A stretch of DNA of 64,000 nucleotides from an uncultured Sangeribacter sp. (GCA_964588625.1 CAZPQD010000001.1:6023-70022); one strand, 5' to 3'; numbered from the stretch's first letter, positions 50,273 to 60,380 are shown. Program-made: numbers and translations. The notes: generated by a model from the letters alone, not told the origin.

Positions 50273-50318
50273 GACTCATCCTCAGAAGCACCTGCCGCTT
50301 CTGAGGATGAGTCTTATT
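50268..50318. terminator. 22-bp perfect inverted repeat overlapping the helicase stop codon (likely bidirectional terminator)
   Basis: AATAAGACTCATCCTCAGAAGC-ACCTGCC-GCTTCTGAGGATGAGTCTTATT. Confidence 0.75.
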
Positions 50319-50320
50319 TC

Positions 50321-50380
50321 TGTCATGATGCCAATGTGTCAAATTGTAAAATGACAGACTGTCAATATGACATCATGTCA
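50321..50380. repeat. Eight TGnCA-like pentamers at about 8-bp period
   Basis: TGTCA 50321, TGCCA 50329, TGTCA 50337, TGTAA 50345, TGACA 50352, TGTCA 50360, TGACA 50368, TGTCA 50376. Confidence 0.8.
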
Positions 50381-50392
50381 ATAGGTTTTCTT

Positions 50393-51169
50393 TCACTCAT
50401 CATTGAAATCCTCCTGCATGACGTAGGAGTTGCGGAGCAGGTTGATGAGCATCACCATACCATGATTGGTGGCACTCTCGATCACTTCATTGCGTGTACC
50501 CTGAAAATGAAGGCACTCGCACACTATCTGATCGTTGTATTTAACAGATATCCAGACCGTGCCCACGGGTTTGAGTTTCGTGCCTCCATCCGGGCCGGCG
50601 ATTCCGGTGGTGGAAATGGCACAATCCGAACGCATGAGCTTTGATACTCCAAGAGCCATAGCTTCCGCCACCTGCTTGCTGACAGCTCCATATCTGTCGA
50701 TGTCACGTCGCGAAACCTTCAGTACCTCTGCCTTAACATCATTGGAATAACTTACTACACTTCCAAGAAAATAGGCGGAAGACCCAGGAGCCTGCGTGAT
50801 CCTATGTGCCAGGTTTCCCCCAGTGCAGCTTTCTGCGCACGCCACAGTAAGCTCGCGCTCCCTTAGCAGTTCGCCGAGCACTCTTCCCACGCTCTTGTCT
50901 TCTGTGGTCACAACCTCCTCCGAGAATATTCCCTTAAGATCCTGCTGATATTTATTCATCTTGAAACGCAGGAGTTCCAAGCCGGAGTTTACACCTGTAA
51001 GGGTGATTTTCGTCACAAGATTTGATGAAACTATCGTAATCCTTACAAATTCAGGCAGTTGGTTTTCAAAATGTCTCATGACCTTTGCCAACTCCTGCTT
51101 TGTGTAGCCATAAATGACGACGTGGCGCGTCTCTTTATAATTGCCTGTATTATTATCGTTCTGTTCCAT
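50393..51169 (-). CDS. cinA: CinA/PncC-family nicotinamide-mononucleotide deamidase (short form)
   Basis: AESCTGG, GSS.YF, YSN..K, GAVS, TGIAGP.GG...KPVGTV. Confidence 0.88.
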   Translation of the reverse strand: MEQNDNNTGNYKETRHVVIYGYTKQELAKVMRHFENQLPEFVRITIVSSNLVTKITLTGVNSGLELLRFKMNKYQQDLKGIFSEEVVTTEDKSVGRVLGELLRERELTVACAESCTGGNLAHRITQAPGSSAYFLGSVVSYSNDVKAEVLKVSRRDIDRYGAVSKQVAEAMALGVSKLMRSDCAISTTGIAGPDGGTKLKPVGTVWISVKYNDQIVCECLHFQGTRNEVIESATNHGMVMLINLLRNSYVMQEDFNDE

Positions 51170-51237
51170 AATAATTCATATACTTGCAGGGGAGAGGATG
51201 CTTATAATGTGATAGTTTATATCGGTAAAGAAAGGAT

Positions 51238-52254
51238 TTAAACCTTGATTTTGGTAAATGGAGGCAAGGAGAGGTCGCAGAACTCTTTGTCAAGATATTT
51301 GAAATATCCGGCCGTAGTCACCATCGCAGCATTGTCTGTAGTGAAAACGCGCTCAGGTATCCAAGCCTTTATACCTCGCTTGCGACAAAATTCTGCCACT
51401 GCATTCCTCACGCCGGAATTTGCTGATACCCCGCCTCCGATTGCCAAGTGAGCCACAGGATGCTCTTTCACAGCTTGCGATAGCTTGTCAAGCAGGATAC
51501 TGATTATCGTGTGCTGCAATGAGGCGGCTAAATCGGCCTTGCGCTTTTCAATGAATTCCGGATCTTCCTTGAGTCCATCGCGCAGCGTGTAGAGGAAGGA
51601 TGTCTTCAATCCGCTGAACGAACAGTCAAGACCCTGGATATGTGGCTTGGCAAAAGTGAACGCTTTCGGATTGCCTTCCGTAGAGAGCCGGTCGATATGA
51701 GGACCTCCGGGATAGGGGAGTCCCATTGCCTTTGCGCATTTGTCGAATGCCTCTCCCGCTGCGTCATCGATTGTCCGGCCGATTATCTCCATATCGGATG
51801 TGGACCTTACAAGCACTATTTGTGTATTCCCTCCGGAAATAAGCAGGCACATGAAGGGAAATTCAGGCACTTCATCTCCTTGCTCCTTGCGTATGAACTG
51901 TGCAAGCATGTGGGCATGGAGATGATTGACGTCAATAAGAGGAACATTAAGTCCCACTGCCATCCCCTTTGCGAACGAAAGACCTACATGCAGCGAACCC
52001 GGCAATCCAGGCCCGCGAGTACACGCCACAGCATCCACATCCGCCGGCTGGATCCCAGCCTGACGCAAAGCCTCACTCACAACAGGCACAATATTCTGCT
52101 GGTGAGACCGCGACGCCAACTCCGGCACCACACCGCCATACATTTCATGAACCTTCTGAGAGGCAAGCACGTTGCTCCTGATTATTCCGTCGACCACCAC
52201 GGCCGCCGACGTGTCATCGCACGAGGATTCTATTCCAAGGATAGTTACACTCAT
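51238..52254 (-). CDS. tsaD: tRNA N6-threonylcarbamoyltransferase TsaD
   Basis: GIESSCDDT, GGVVPELASR, HLHAH, DDAAGEAFDK, GGGVSAN, TDNAAM. Confidence 0.96.
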   Translation of the reverse strand: MSVTILGIESSCDDTSAAVVVDGIIRSNVLASQKVHEMYGGVVPELASRSHQQNIVPVVSEALRQAGIQPADVDAVACTRGPGLPGSLHVGLSFAKGMAVGLNVPLIDVNHLHAHMLAQFIRKEQGDEVPEFPFMCLLISGGNTQIVLVRSTSDMEIIGRTIDDAAGEAFDKCAKAMGLPYPGGPHIDRLSTEGNPKAFTFAKPHIQGLDCSFSGLKTSFLYTLRDGLKEDPEFIEKRKADLAASLQHTIISILLDKLSQAVKEHPVAHLAIGGGVSANSGVRNAVAEFCRKRGIKAWIPERVFTTDNAAMVTTAGYFKYLDKEFCDLSLPPFTKIKV

Positions 52255-52340
52255 CTTTCAATATCGTTTCAACAGATATTATCTGCAAAGATAGTAATTT
52301 TTTTCCACTCCTAAAATTTATTACTAATTTTGCATCCCAG

Positions 52341-55300
52341 ATGTCGACTGCAAGAAATATATATAGAATCCTCCGGAGCATTATCTTCACTGCAATCAGC
52401 CTGATTGCGGCTATATACCTGTTTCTTTACGTCGCCCTTTCCCTCCCTTTTGTCCAAAATAAAATCACCGTCATTGCCGAAAGAGAACTCTCGGCTCTTG
52501 TGAAGTCGGAAGTGTCAATCGATAGAATTGAGATCTCTCCTTTCAATGAGGCTGTGGTAAGGGGTCTTGACGTCAAGGACCAATCGGGGAGGATTTGCCT
52601 GTCGGTTGAGAAGACAGGAGCGGGAATTGATCTCTCCCGTCTTATATTCCGTCAGCAGATCGTCATTACCTATGCCGAACTTGTTGGAGTTGACATCAGG
52701 GTTTCACAAGCTCAGCCTGACAAGCCTCTGAATATCCAGTTTCTGATAGATGCATTTGCTTCCAAGGATAAAAACAAACCTCCCACACGTTTTGACCTTG
52801 CTCTTCACAGTGTCGTAATTCGCAGGTGCAATGCAAGTTTCGATAAGGAGTGGTTGCCGTTGGGCGAGAAAGGAAAGATAGATTTCAATCATCTATATGT
52901 GAGGGATCTGAAAGCTGATGTCGACCTTCCACGTCTCAGCAATGATGATTACAAGATCGACCTCCGAAGGCTCTCCCTCTCCGGACCAGCCGGACTCGAT
53001 ATCCGTACGCTTTCCTTTAAAGCCCATATAACACCACAGTCCATCTCCGTAGCTGATTTTATCCTTAAGCTCCCCGGATCGGATATACGTCCCGCAGATT
53101 TTTCCCTTACTTTTGACTCCTTCCCCAAAATAGGAGAAACCCTGCGTTCGGGACAGCTGCAGTTCACAACGGTTGATTCAAGGCTGACTCCAAGTGATTT
53201 TGCGTGGCTGTTGCCTCAGCTCACTTCTTGTCGGTTTCCTCTGCTTGTCTCCGCACAACTTTCCGGTAATCTTTCCGGCATAAATGCCGACCGTCTTTCC
53301 ATTCGTACGGAGTCTACCGACGACTTGCTCCTCGAGTTATCAGGACAGGCACACGCTCTGTTGGATTTCAAGGATAAAGGACTCTTGAATGTGGAGTCTA
53401 TGAAACTCAATGCTGCCTCTTCATTTATCAGGGATAATGTTGCGCTTTTCACACATCTTCCGGAATTGGCGGATAATATACTTTCCGAGTCAGGTTATGT
53501 CAAGATTCTTTCCTCCGGGTCTTATGACGCTTCTTTGCACACCGCCTCTGGTGAGATTGACTTGTCTTCTCCCATAGGTGCCATTCATCTGGTGGGCGAT
53601 GCGGACCTCAGGAATAAGCAGGCTGTCGGTTTCAAAGCTTCTGTCATTGCAGAGGATATTGAATTGGGAAGAATCCTAAGCAAATCCGGATTTGGGCCGG
53701 CATCGTTTGAGGCCGATGCTTCCGGAAGAATTGGCAAATCCATAATTGATGGAGAGGGTGCCATAAGTCTGCATTCCCTATCATTTCGTGGCAATGAGTT
53801 CTCTGGGGTGACAGCTTCAGTTGCAAAGAATGGTAACCATATCTCTGCTAATGTAGAGTCGGAAGATCCTGATGCCGCGATTGATATGATGGCGGATATT
53901 ACTTTAGCCGGTGCAGACTCCCATATTTCGTTCTCCTCAAATATCGAGAGGTTTGTTCCCGGAATGTTCGGACTGCTCCCCCAATATCCCGGTTATGTTG
54001 TGTCGGGAAGCTTCAATGGGGATTTCTCCGGTAATTCTCCCGACAATTTGCTTGGCACTCTTGATGCTTCAAACCTCTCTTTCGCCGGCGATGGACCTAA
54101 GGGTTCTGTCTCTCTCGCATCTCTCGGAGTGGATCTCTCGATGGTTTCTGACTCTGAAAAATCCATAAAAATAAGTTCTGATTTCATTGATGCCTCCATG
54201 AAGGGCGATTTCCGCCTGTCATCATTGTTAGGAGAGTTTCGGAATGCCTTGTCGCACGTCATCCCGGGGTTTGTCACTCCAATATCCGGAGTGGACATGA
54301 AGTCCTGGGGGGAGTTCTCAGTTATGCTGCGTCCTTGCGACCGTCTGCTCGAATTCTTCAATGTGCCGGTGAGAATACTTGTTCCTACACCCATAGAGGG
54401 AAGTTTTGACATGGCTTCCATGACAGCTTCCTTGAAACTGGATATGCCTTATCTGCAGCAGGGACGCGACAAATTGGTGAGGGAGACTTACCTCACTGCA
54501 GATATTGACGGAATGTCCTCTGCGGGTCTTTTGCGTCTGCATACCCTTTATCCGTCAAAAAAAGGTGACGCGGAACTTGATCTTGACGTGACATCATCAG
54601 GAGGTAACCTCAAGGCCGACATTGGCTGGACCATTGAGAAGATGAAGGGGTTCTCTGGTCTTCTCTCTCTTTCGCTCAAGAATCAGAGACACATGCTTGA
54701 TGGCCGTAGGGAATTTGATATGAAGATCAACCCGACTAAATTCACACTCAGTGGAGCTGATTGGGATATAGGTGAGGCTTCAATCATGTATTCCGGAAAG
54801 CGGATTGAAGTCAGTGATTTCAGACTCTGGCATGACAATCAGTTCATAAGCATATCCGGTGTGGCTTCCGATTCAGAATTGGATGCAGTAGATATTTCCC
54901 TCGCCGACATCGACCTTGGTTTTATTTTTGATACCCTCAATATCAATTATGTCACATTCGGAGGCATAGCCACTGGTGAACTCGGTGCATCGGGAGTTTT
55001 CACAACTTCTCCCGTAGCTTCCACCAAGACGCTCGAAGTCAAGAATTTAAGCTACAATGATTGTGTGATTGGTGATGGAGTTATACGCTCGCGTTGGGTG
55101 AACGATGAGAAGGAGGTGGAGATTAAGGCCGATATCCTTTCAGATTCCAGAAGGGTAGCTACCATCGACGGTGGTATATGGCTTGGAGCCGATTCTCTCA
55201 ATTTCCAGATAAATGCCGATAAGGTCAATGTAGGTTTCCTGAAGCCCTTCATGTCGGCTTTCACATCCGACGTTGGAGGACGTGCATCCGGTTGGGCCAA

Positions 55301-56912
55301 TCTTTATGGAAATTTCCATGACATCGATCTGCAAGGCCGTCTTTTCGCTGACTCCGTCGGTATGAAGGTGGATTATACCAACGTTTATTATCATGGCACA
55401 GATTCCGTAAGTATTGACCCCGGCAGGATTGACATTCCCGGCTTTATCCTTCGCGATTGCTATGGTCATACCGCCGTTTTGTCTGGATGGCTGACTCACA
55501 ATTATTTCCATGAACCTCGTTTTGAGTTCAAGATCAGCGATGCCGACCGTCTGCTTTGTTATGACACTAATGCTTCCATCAATCCCGTCTGGTACGGACG
55601 TATCTTCGGCAATGGTGGTGGTGTGCTTCGAGGCTGGCCTGGAGGCGTAGCCATCGACGTTGAGATGGCTACTGCTCCTGAATCCAACTTTACATTCGTA
55701 ATTTCAGATGAGCAGGAAGTGGGTGAATATAACTTCCTCACATTCTCCGACCGAAAAAAGGAAGCCAACACTCCGGCTCCCGTCGATACAGTGCCCGACA
55801 TTGTTAAATCGTTCCAGAAAAAGATTGAGGAGGAGATGAACATACCCTCGCTCTTTTCGCTCAATCTCTTTGGCAACATTACTCCGGACGCACTGCTTAC
55901 CATCGTAATGGATCCACAGGCAGGCGATAAAATCACTGCACGCGGAGACGGCCCCATGCAGATTTCATATGATTCGGAATCTGACAATCTTTCTATGTAT
56001 GGAAAATATACCCTTGCTGAAGGAAAGTATAATTTCACCCTTCAGGATCTCATCCTGAGAGATTTCTCCATCCGTCCCGGAAGTTCCATCTCCTTCAATG
56101 GCAATCCTCTCCATGCCAATCTCGACATTATGGCGGCATATAGGGTCAACACAAATCTCTCTGACCTCGATGAAAGTTTTTCCTACGATCCGGAACTCAA
56201 CCGTACAAATGTTCCGGTTGATGCCATGCTCGCCATATCAGGAGAGATGGATCATCCTGACATCTCTTTTGATATCGAACTGCCGACCCTTACTTCCGAC
56301 GTGGCACGTAAGGTGAAGAGCATCATCTCCACTGATGATATGATGAATCGTCAGGTGCTCTACCTGCTCGCCCTCAACCGTTTCTATACCCCGGAATATA
56401 TGACTAATTCCGGAAATGGAGGAGAATTGGCCTCCGTTGCTTCCTCCACTCTCTCATCGCAGCTTTCGAGAATTATGGGTCAGCTTACGGATAAAGTGAC
56501 CCTTGCACCATCTTTCCGCTCAGACAAGGGTGACTTCTCTGATTTCGAGATGGATCTTGCCCTTTCCTCCCGTCTGCTCAATAATCGGTTGCTTCTCAAC
56601 GGCAATTTCGGTTATCGCGACCGCTCTGCTTCTTCCACTACGTTTATCGGAGACTTTGATATTGAATATCTGCTAAACCGTACTGGAAATCTGCGTCTGA
56701 AGGCCTACAATCATTTCAATGACCAGAATTATTATCTCAAATCCTCCCTTACAACCCAAGGTATAGGCATCACTTACAGAAAAGATTTCGACAATCCCTT
56801 CACTTTCCTGCGCAAACGTAAAAAGAATCCGCTTCTTCCCGCTTCCACTGCGGCAAAGCAGGATGAATCGGAAACATTGGAGAGCGAAGAAAAGAAGTCT
56901 GATAAAAAATGA
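52341..56912 (+). CDS. Translocation/assembly module TamB-domain protein
   Basis: N-terminal TM anchor, long beta-rich body, DUF490-like C-terminus (QVLYLLALNRF, LLNNRLLLNGNFGY, QGIGITYRKDF). Confidence 0.85.
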   Translation: MSTARNIYRILRSIIFTAISLIAAIYLFLYVALSLPFVQNKITVIAERELSALVKSEVSIDRIEISPFNEAVVRGLDVKDQSGRICLSVEKTGAGIDLSRLIFRQQIVITYAELVGVDIRVSQAQPDKPLNIQFLIDAFASKDKNKPPTRFDLALHSVVIRRCNASFDKEWLPLGEKGKIDFNHLYVRDLKADVDLPRLSNDDYKIDLRRLSLSGPAGLDIRTLSFKAHITPQSISVADFILKLPGSDIRPADFSLTFDSFPKIGETLRSGQLQFTTVDSRLTPSDFAWLLPQLTSCRFPLLVSAQLSGNLSGINADRLSIRTESTDDLLLELSGQAHALLDFKDKGLLNVESMKLNAASSFIRDNVALFTHLPELADNILSESGYVKILSSGSYDASLHTASGEIDLSSPIGAIHLVGDADLRNKQAVGFKASVIAEDIELGRILSKSGFGPASFEADASGRIGKSIIDGEGAISLHSLSFRGNEFSGVTASVAKNGNHISANVESEDPDAAIDMMADITLAGADSHISFSSNIERFVPGMFGLLPQYPGYVVSGSFNGDFSGNSPDNLLGTLDASNLSFAGDGPKGSVSLASLGVDLSMVSDSEKSIKISSDFIDASMKGDFRLSSLLGEFRNALSHVIPGFVTPISGVDMKSWGEFSVMLRPCDRLLEFFNVPVRILVPTPIEGSFDMASMTASLKLDMPYLQQGRDKLVRETYLTADIDGMSSAGLLRLHTLYPSKKGDAELDLDVTSSGGNLKADIGWTIEKMKGFSGLLSLSLKNQRHMLDGRREFDMKINPTKFTLSGADWDIGEASIMYSGKRIEVSDFRLWHDNQFISISGVASDSELDAVDISLADIDLGFIFDTLNINYVTFGGIATGELGASGVFTTSPVASTKTLEVKNLSYNDCVIGDGVIRSRWVNDEKEVEIKADILSDSRRVATIDGGIWLGADSLNFQINADKVNVGFLKPFMSAFTSDVGGRASGWANLYGNFHDIDLQGRLFADSVGMKVDYTNVYYHGTDSVSIDPGRIDIPGFILRDCYGHTAVLSGWLTHNYFHEPRFEFKISDADRLLCYDTNASINPVWYGRIFGNGGGVLRGWPGGVAIDVEMATAPESNFTFVISDEQEVGEYNFLTFSDRKKEANTPAPVDTVPDIVKSFQKKIEEEMNIPSLFSLNLFGNITPDALLTIVMDPQAGDKITARGDGPMQISYDSESDNLSMYGKYTLAEGKYNFTLQDLILRDFSIRPGSSISFNGNPLHANLDIMAAYRVNTNLSDLDESFSYDPELNRTNVPVDAMLAISGEMDHPDISFDIELPTLTSDVARKVKSIISTDDMMNRQVLYLLALNRFYTPEYMTNSGNGGELASVASSTLSSQLSRIMGQLTDKVTLAPSFRSDKGDFSDFEMDLALSSRLLNNRLLLNGNFGYRDRSASSTTFIGDFDIEYLLNRTGNLRLKAYNHFNDQNYYLKSSLTTQGIGITYRKDFDNPFTFLRKRKKNPLLPASTAAKQDESETLESEEKKSDKK

Positions 56913-57049
56913 ATGATTGAGGGAGTGAAATTAGGATTATTGATTTTCAATAAATATTTTTTGCAATTCCGAATATAATCATTAACTTTGCGCAATGAAA
57001 AAATGGGGTGCAAGTGAAACTGTGCCCTCATATACCTATTTGAACGCAA

Positions 57050-57712
57050 ATGAAAAGAACCTCAATCAATCTGCTTTGCATATTAATCATCGGAATCCTT
57101 TCGGTTTCGGTGCTTCTTCCCGCCTATTATTTGGGTGCAAGTTTCACGGAGGGTTTTCGCATGGGTTATGAGATGGCTGATGACAGGAATGTCCCTTCAG
57201 TAGAAATGCAAGCCCTGGAAGTTTATTTCGAGCCTTCTGCCGAAATGATGCTCTTCCCGAAGGATACAATCACTTTTGATGATGGAAGACGCATCCCGGT
57301 GGTGGTGAAGCGTGCATCGATTCTGGCAGATAAGGAACGTATTCCCACCACTCCCATATGGCTCTCGGGTGGGTGCTACGTCCTTTCGCTTGTATGCCTT
57401 GTGCTTCTTGTCATTAAATTTGTGAAATTCATCATCAATATCAATAAGGGAAAGATCTTCGTCCAAGCCAATGTTAAGTTGCTCAGGGCTGTTTCTTTCT
57501 ATCTTATAGCCATTTCTGTACTCAATCTCGTTACAGGACTGGCCGGTGAATATATGGTGAGTGCACTCGGTCTTTCGCTTGAAGGATATGCCGTATCCGC
57601 CTATTGGACTCTCCCATGGAGCAATCTCCTTATCGGTCTGCTTGCCCTTCTTGTGGCTCAGATATGGAGCCGCGGAATAAGTCTTGAGGAGGAAGTGAGA
57701 CTCACAGTTTGA
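57050..57712 (+). CDS. DUF2975-domain membrane protein
   Basis: IF..NV..L and C-terminal G..L.EE..LTV signature; paired with an HTH gene. Confidence 0.85.
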   Translation: MKRTSINLLCILIIGILSVSVLLPAYYLGASFTEGFRMGYEMADDRNVPSVEMQALEVYFEPSAEMMLFPKDTITFDDGRRIPVVVKRASILADKERIPTTPIWLSGGCYVLSLVCLVLLVIKFVKFIININKGKIFVQANVKLLRAVSFYLIAISVLNLVTGLAGEYMVSALGLSLEGYAVSAYWTLPWSNLLIGLLALLVAQIWSRGISLEEEVRLTV

Positions 57713-57755
57713 TGTTTCTGATAGGTTACCAACCGGATAAAACCCACGAATTAAG

Positions 57756-57992
57756 ATGCCGATTGTAGTAAATTTAGATGTGATGATGGCACGCCGTAAG
57801 ATCTCCCTTGGAGAGCTTGCGGAGCGTATGAACATCACACCCTCCAATCTCTCCATCCTGAAGACCGGGAAGGCGAAGGCTATCAGATTCTCAACACTGA
57901 TGAGTATTTGCCATCAACTCGATTGCCAACCCGGCGATATCCTCGAATATCGCCCTGACCCCAATGACTTCAAGGAGGAGAAGGAAGAGTAG
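57756..57992 (+). CDS. Cro/CI (YozG-like) HTH transcriptional regulator
   Basis: NLSILKTGKAKAIRFSTL...LDCQPGDILEY. Confidence 0.93.
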   Translation: MPIVVNLDVMMARRKISLGELAERMNITPSNLSILKTGKAKAIRFSTLMSICHQLDCQPGDILEYRPDPNDFKEEKEE

Positions 57993-58076
57993 GAATTAGG
58001 CTGTGAAGGTATTAGGTCTGCCCTAAAGCCTAAAGCCTAACGCCTAAAACCTAAAACCTAACGCCTAAAGCCTTAG
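57990..58076. repeat. Inverted heptamer arrays: short TAGG run at the stop codon, then 8 nCCTAAm units
   Basis: taggaattagg...attagg, then ccctaaa gcctaaa gcctaac gcctaaa acctaaa acctaac gcctaaa gccttag (58021-58076). Confidence 0.9.
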
Positions 58077-58117
58077 AACATACTTTTAACCACTATAATT
58101 AATTTACTGACTCAACC

Positions 58118-60157
58118 ATGAGACTGACAAAAAATCTGCTTATGCTCACACTCGCCGGAGGGCTCGCCCTCAGCGCCGGTGCCGAGCATCTGAAGAGCCT
58201 CAATGCTTCCGGTATTGACAAGACTACTCCGGCTGGCGAGGACTTCTACACCCACGTCAACAAGGGATGGATGGAAGCCAACCCCCTTACTCCCGAGTAT
58301 GCGCGCTATGGTTCATTCAATGTGCTCTCTGACTCCAGCCAGCACCGCCTTCAGCGTATCATCGACGGGCTCGCCACGTCCAACCATCAGCCCGGCACCA
58401 CCGCATTCAAGGTAGCCACTCTCTACAAGAGCGGTATGGACTCCATTCGCCGCAATCAGCTTGGTGCAGAACCTATCAAGGCCGACCTCGCCAAAATCGA
58501 GAACACATCCCGCGATGGCATGGAGGATCTTTTCTACTGGATGCACAAGTATTATGGATCGCCGCTGATCTCTGCCGGTCCGATGAACGACATGATGAAC
58601 AGCCAGGAACTCGCCATGTATGTGGCCGGTGCTCCCATCACCCTCGGTGACCGCGACTATTATCTGAAAAATGACAAGCGCAACAAGGAGATCCGCGAGG
58701 CTTACAACAAGCTTATCGTCGGCCAGATGATGAATGCCGGTTATTCGAAGAAGGATGCCCAGAGAATCGCCAAGAATGTCATGAAGATCGAGACTCTTCT
58801 TGCCGACTCCACATGGACCAAGGAGGAATCCCGCAACATGCAGGCTCAGTATAACCCTCGCACCATGGAGCAGCTTCAGGCAGCTTATCCCTCAATCAAC
58901 TGGAAGAAGTTCTTCAACACTACTATGGGTATCGATCCCGAGGGTGTAATCCTGACTACTCCCAACACCATCGAACAGGGCGCTAAGCTCTTTAGCACTC
59001 TTACTGACCGTGAGCTCAAGGATCTCTATCTCTGGGAATACGTATCAAGTGCCGCTCCTTATCTCAGCGACGATTTCGCCAATACTTCCTTTGAGTTCAG
59101 CAAGGTTATGAGCGGCGTGGAGCAGATGCGTCCCCGCTGGAAGCGTGTGCAGGGTGTAGTGGAAGGAAGCCTCGGCGAGGCTCTTGGTGAGCTCTATGTA
59201 GCCGAATACTTCCCCGAAAGCTCCAAGAAATATATGGAAGGTCTTGTGGAGAATCTCCGTAATGCCCTCGCAAAACATATCATGCATCTCCCCTGGATGA
59301 GCGACGACACTAAGGTGCAGGCTCTCAGCAAGCTCAACGCCATCACTGTAAAGATCGGTTATCCCGACAAGTGGAAGGATTACTCCTCAATGGAAATCTC
59401 TCCGGAACTTTCCTACTGGGACAACGTGCATAACGTTCAGATGTGGGTAAATGATGAATACCTCTCCAAGTGGGGTAAACCCGTTGACCGCACTGAATGG
59501 GGAATGACTCCGCAGACAATCAACGCTTACTACAATCCTCTCAACAATGAGATCGTATTCCCCGCCGGTATTCTTCAGGCTCCGTTCTTTGATCCCAACG
59601 CCTCCGATGCTGAGAACTATGGCGGTATCGGCGTTGTAATCGGTCATGAGCTTACCCACGGATTTGACGACCAGGGCTGCAACTTCGATAAGGATGGCAA
59701 CATGATCAACTGGTGGACTGCTGAGGATAAGGCAAGCTTCGACAATCTTACCAAAGGCCTTGTAGAGCAGTTCAACGAAGTAGAGGTACTTCCCGGTCTT
59801 CATGCCAATGGTGAGTACACTCTCGGCGAGAACATCGCCGACCAGGGTGGCCTTCGCGTTGCCTACACAGCGTTCCTCGACTCTCAGGCAAAGAAAGGTG
59901 TCGATGTCAACAGCGCAGAGGCCCTTATCGATGGCTTCACACCCGCACAGGTATTCTACATGAATTTCGCCAACCTCTGGGCACAGAATATCCGCGACGA
60001 GGAAATCCGTTCGCTCACTACAGGCGATGTACACTCCCTCGGAAATCTCCGTGTAAACGTTTCGCTTCGCAACATCCAGCCCTTCTTCGATGCATTCAAC
60101 ATCACCGAGGGCCAGAAGATGTATCGTCCCGAATCCGAGCGCGTAATCATCTGGTAA
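58118..60157 (+). CDS. pepO: M13-family metalloendopeptidase
   Basis: Signal peptide; KIGYP, INAYY, HELTHGFD, ENIAD.GG. Confidence 0.93.
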   Translation: MRLTKNLLMLTLAGGLALSAGAEHLKSLNASGIDKTTPAGEDFYTHVNKGWMEANPLTPEYARYGSFNVLSDSSQHRLQRIIDGLATSNHQPGTTAFKVATLYKSGMDSIRRNQLGAEPIKADLAKIENTSRDGMEDLFYWMHKYYGSPLISAGPMNDMMNSQELAMYVAGAPITLGDRDYYLKNDKRNKEIREAYNKLIVGQMMNAGYSKKDAQRIAKNVMKIETLLADSTWTKEESRNMQAQYNPRTMEQLQAAYPSINWKKFFNTTMGIDPEGVILTTPNTIEQGAKLFSTLTDRELKDLYLWEYVSSAAPYLSDDFANTSFEFSKVMSGVEQMRPRWKRVQGVVEGSLGEALGELYVAEYFPESSKKYMEGLVENLRNALAKHIMHLPWMSDDTKVQALSKLNAITVKIGYPDKWKDYSSMEISPELSYWDNVHNVQMWVNDEYLSKWGKPVDRTEWGMTPQTINAYYNPLNNEIVFPAGILQAPFFDPNASDAENYGGIGVVIGHELTHGFDDQGCNFDKDGNMINWWTAEDKASFDNLTKGLVEQFNEVEVLPGLHANGEYTLGENIADQGGLRVAYTAFLDSQAKKGVDVNSAEALIDGFTPAQVFYMNFANLWAQNIRDEEIRSLTTGDVHSLGNLRVNVSLRNIQPFFDAFNITEGQKMYRPESERVIIW

Positions 60158-60158
60158 T

Positions 60159-60380
60159 ATCTTTACCGGGGAGGGAGCCCCGGCGGGGCTGAACCTCGGT
60201 AAACCGGGTACGAAGTGCCCTTCCAAGATAACTTCATCTTTACCGGGGAGGGAGCCCCGGAGGGGCTAAAACCTTGGTAACCGGGTACGAAGTACCCTTC
60301 CAGGACAACATTCATCTTTACCGGGAAGGGAGCCCCGGAGGGGCTAAAACCTTGGTAAACCGGGTACGAAGTGCCCGGCT
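60159..60380 (+). repeat. Three tandem ~77-78 bp REP-like double-hairpin units
   Basis: Units start at 60159, 60236 and 60314: ATCTTTACCGGGrAGGG-AGCCCCGGmGGGGCT-rAA(A)CCTyGGTAA(A)CC-GGGTACGAAGTrCCC. Confidence 0.93.

Noticed and set aside
60159-60380. CRISPR array
   Set aside because: The conserved part is about 60 bp and the ~15-bp linkers resemble each other rather than being unique spacers; no cas genes are present.
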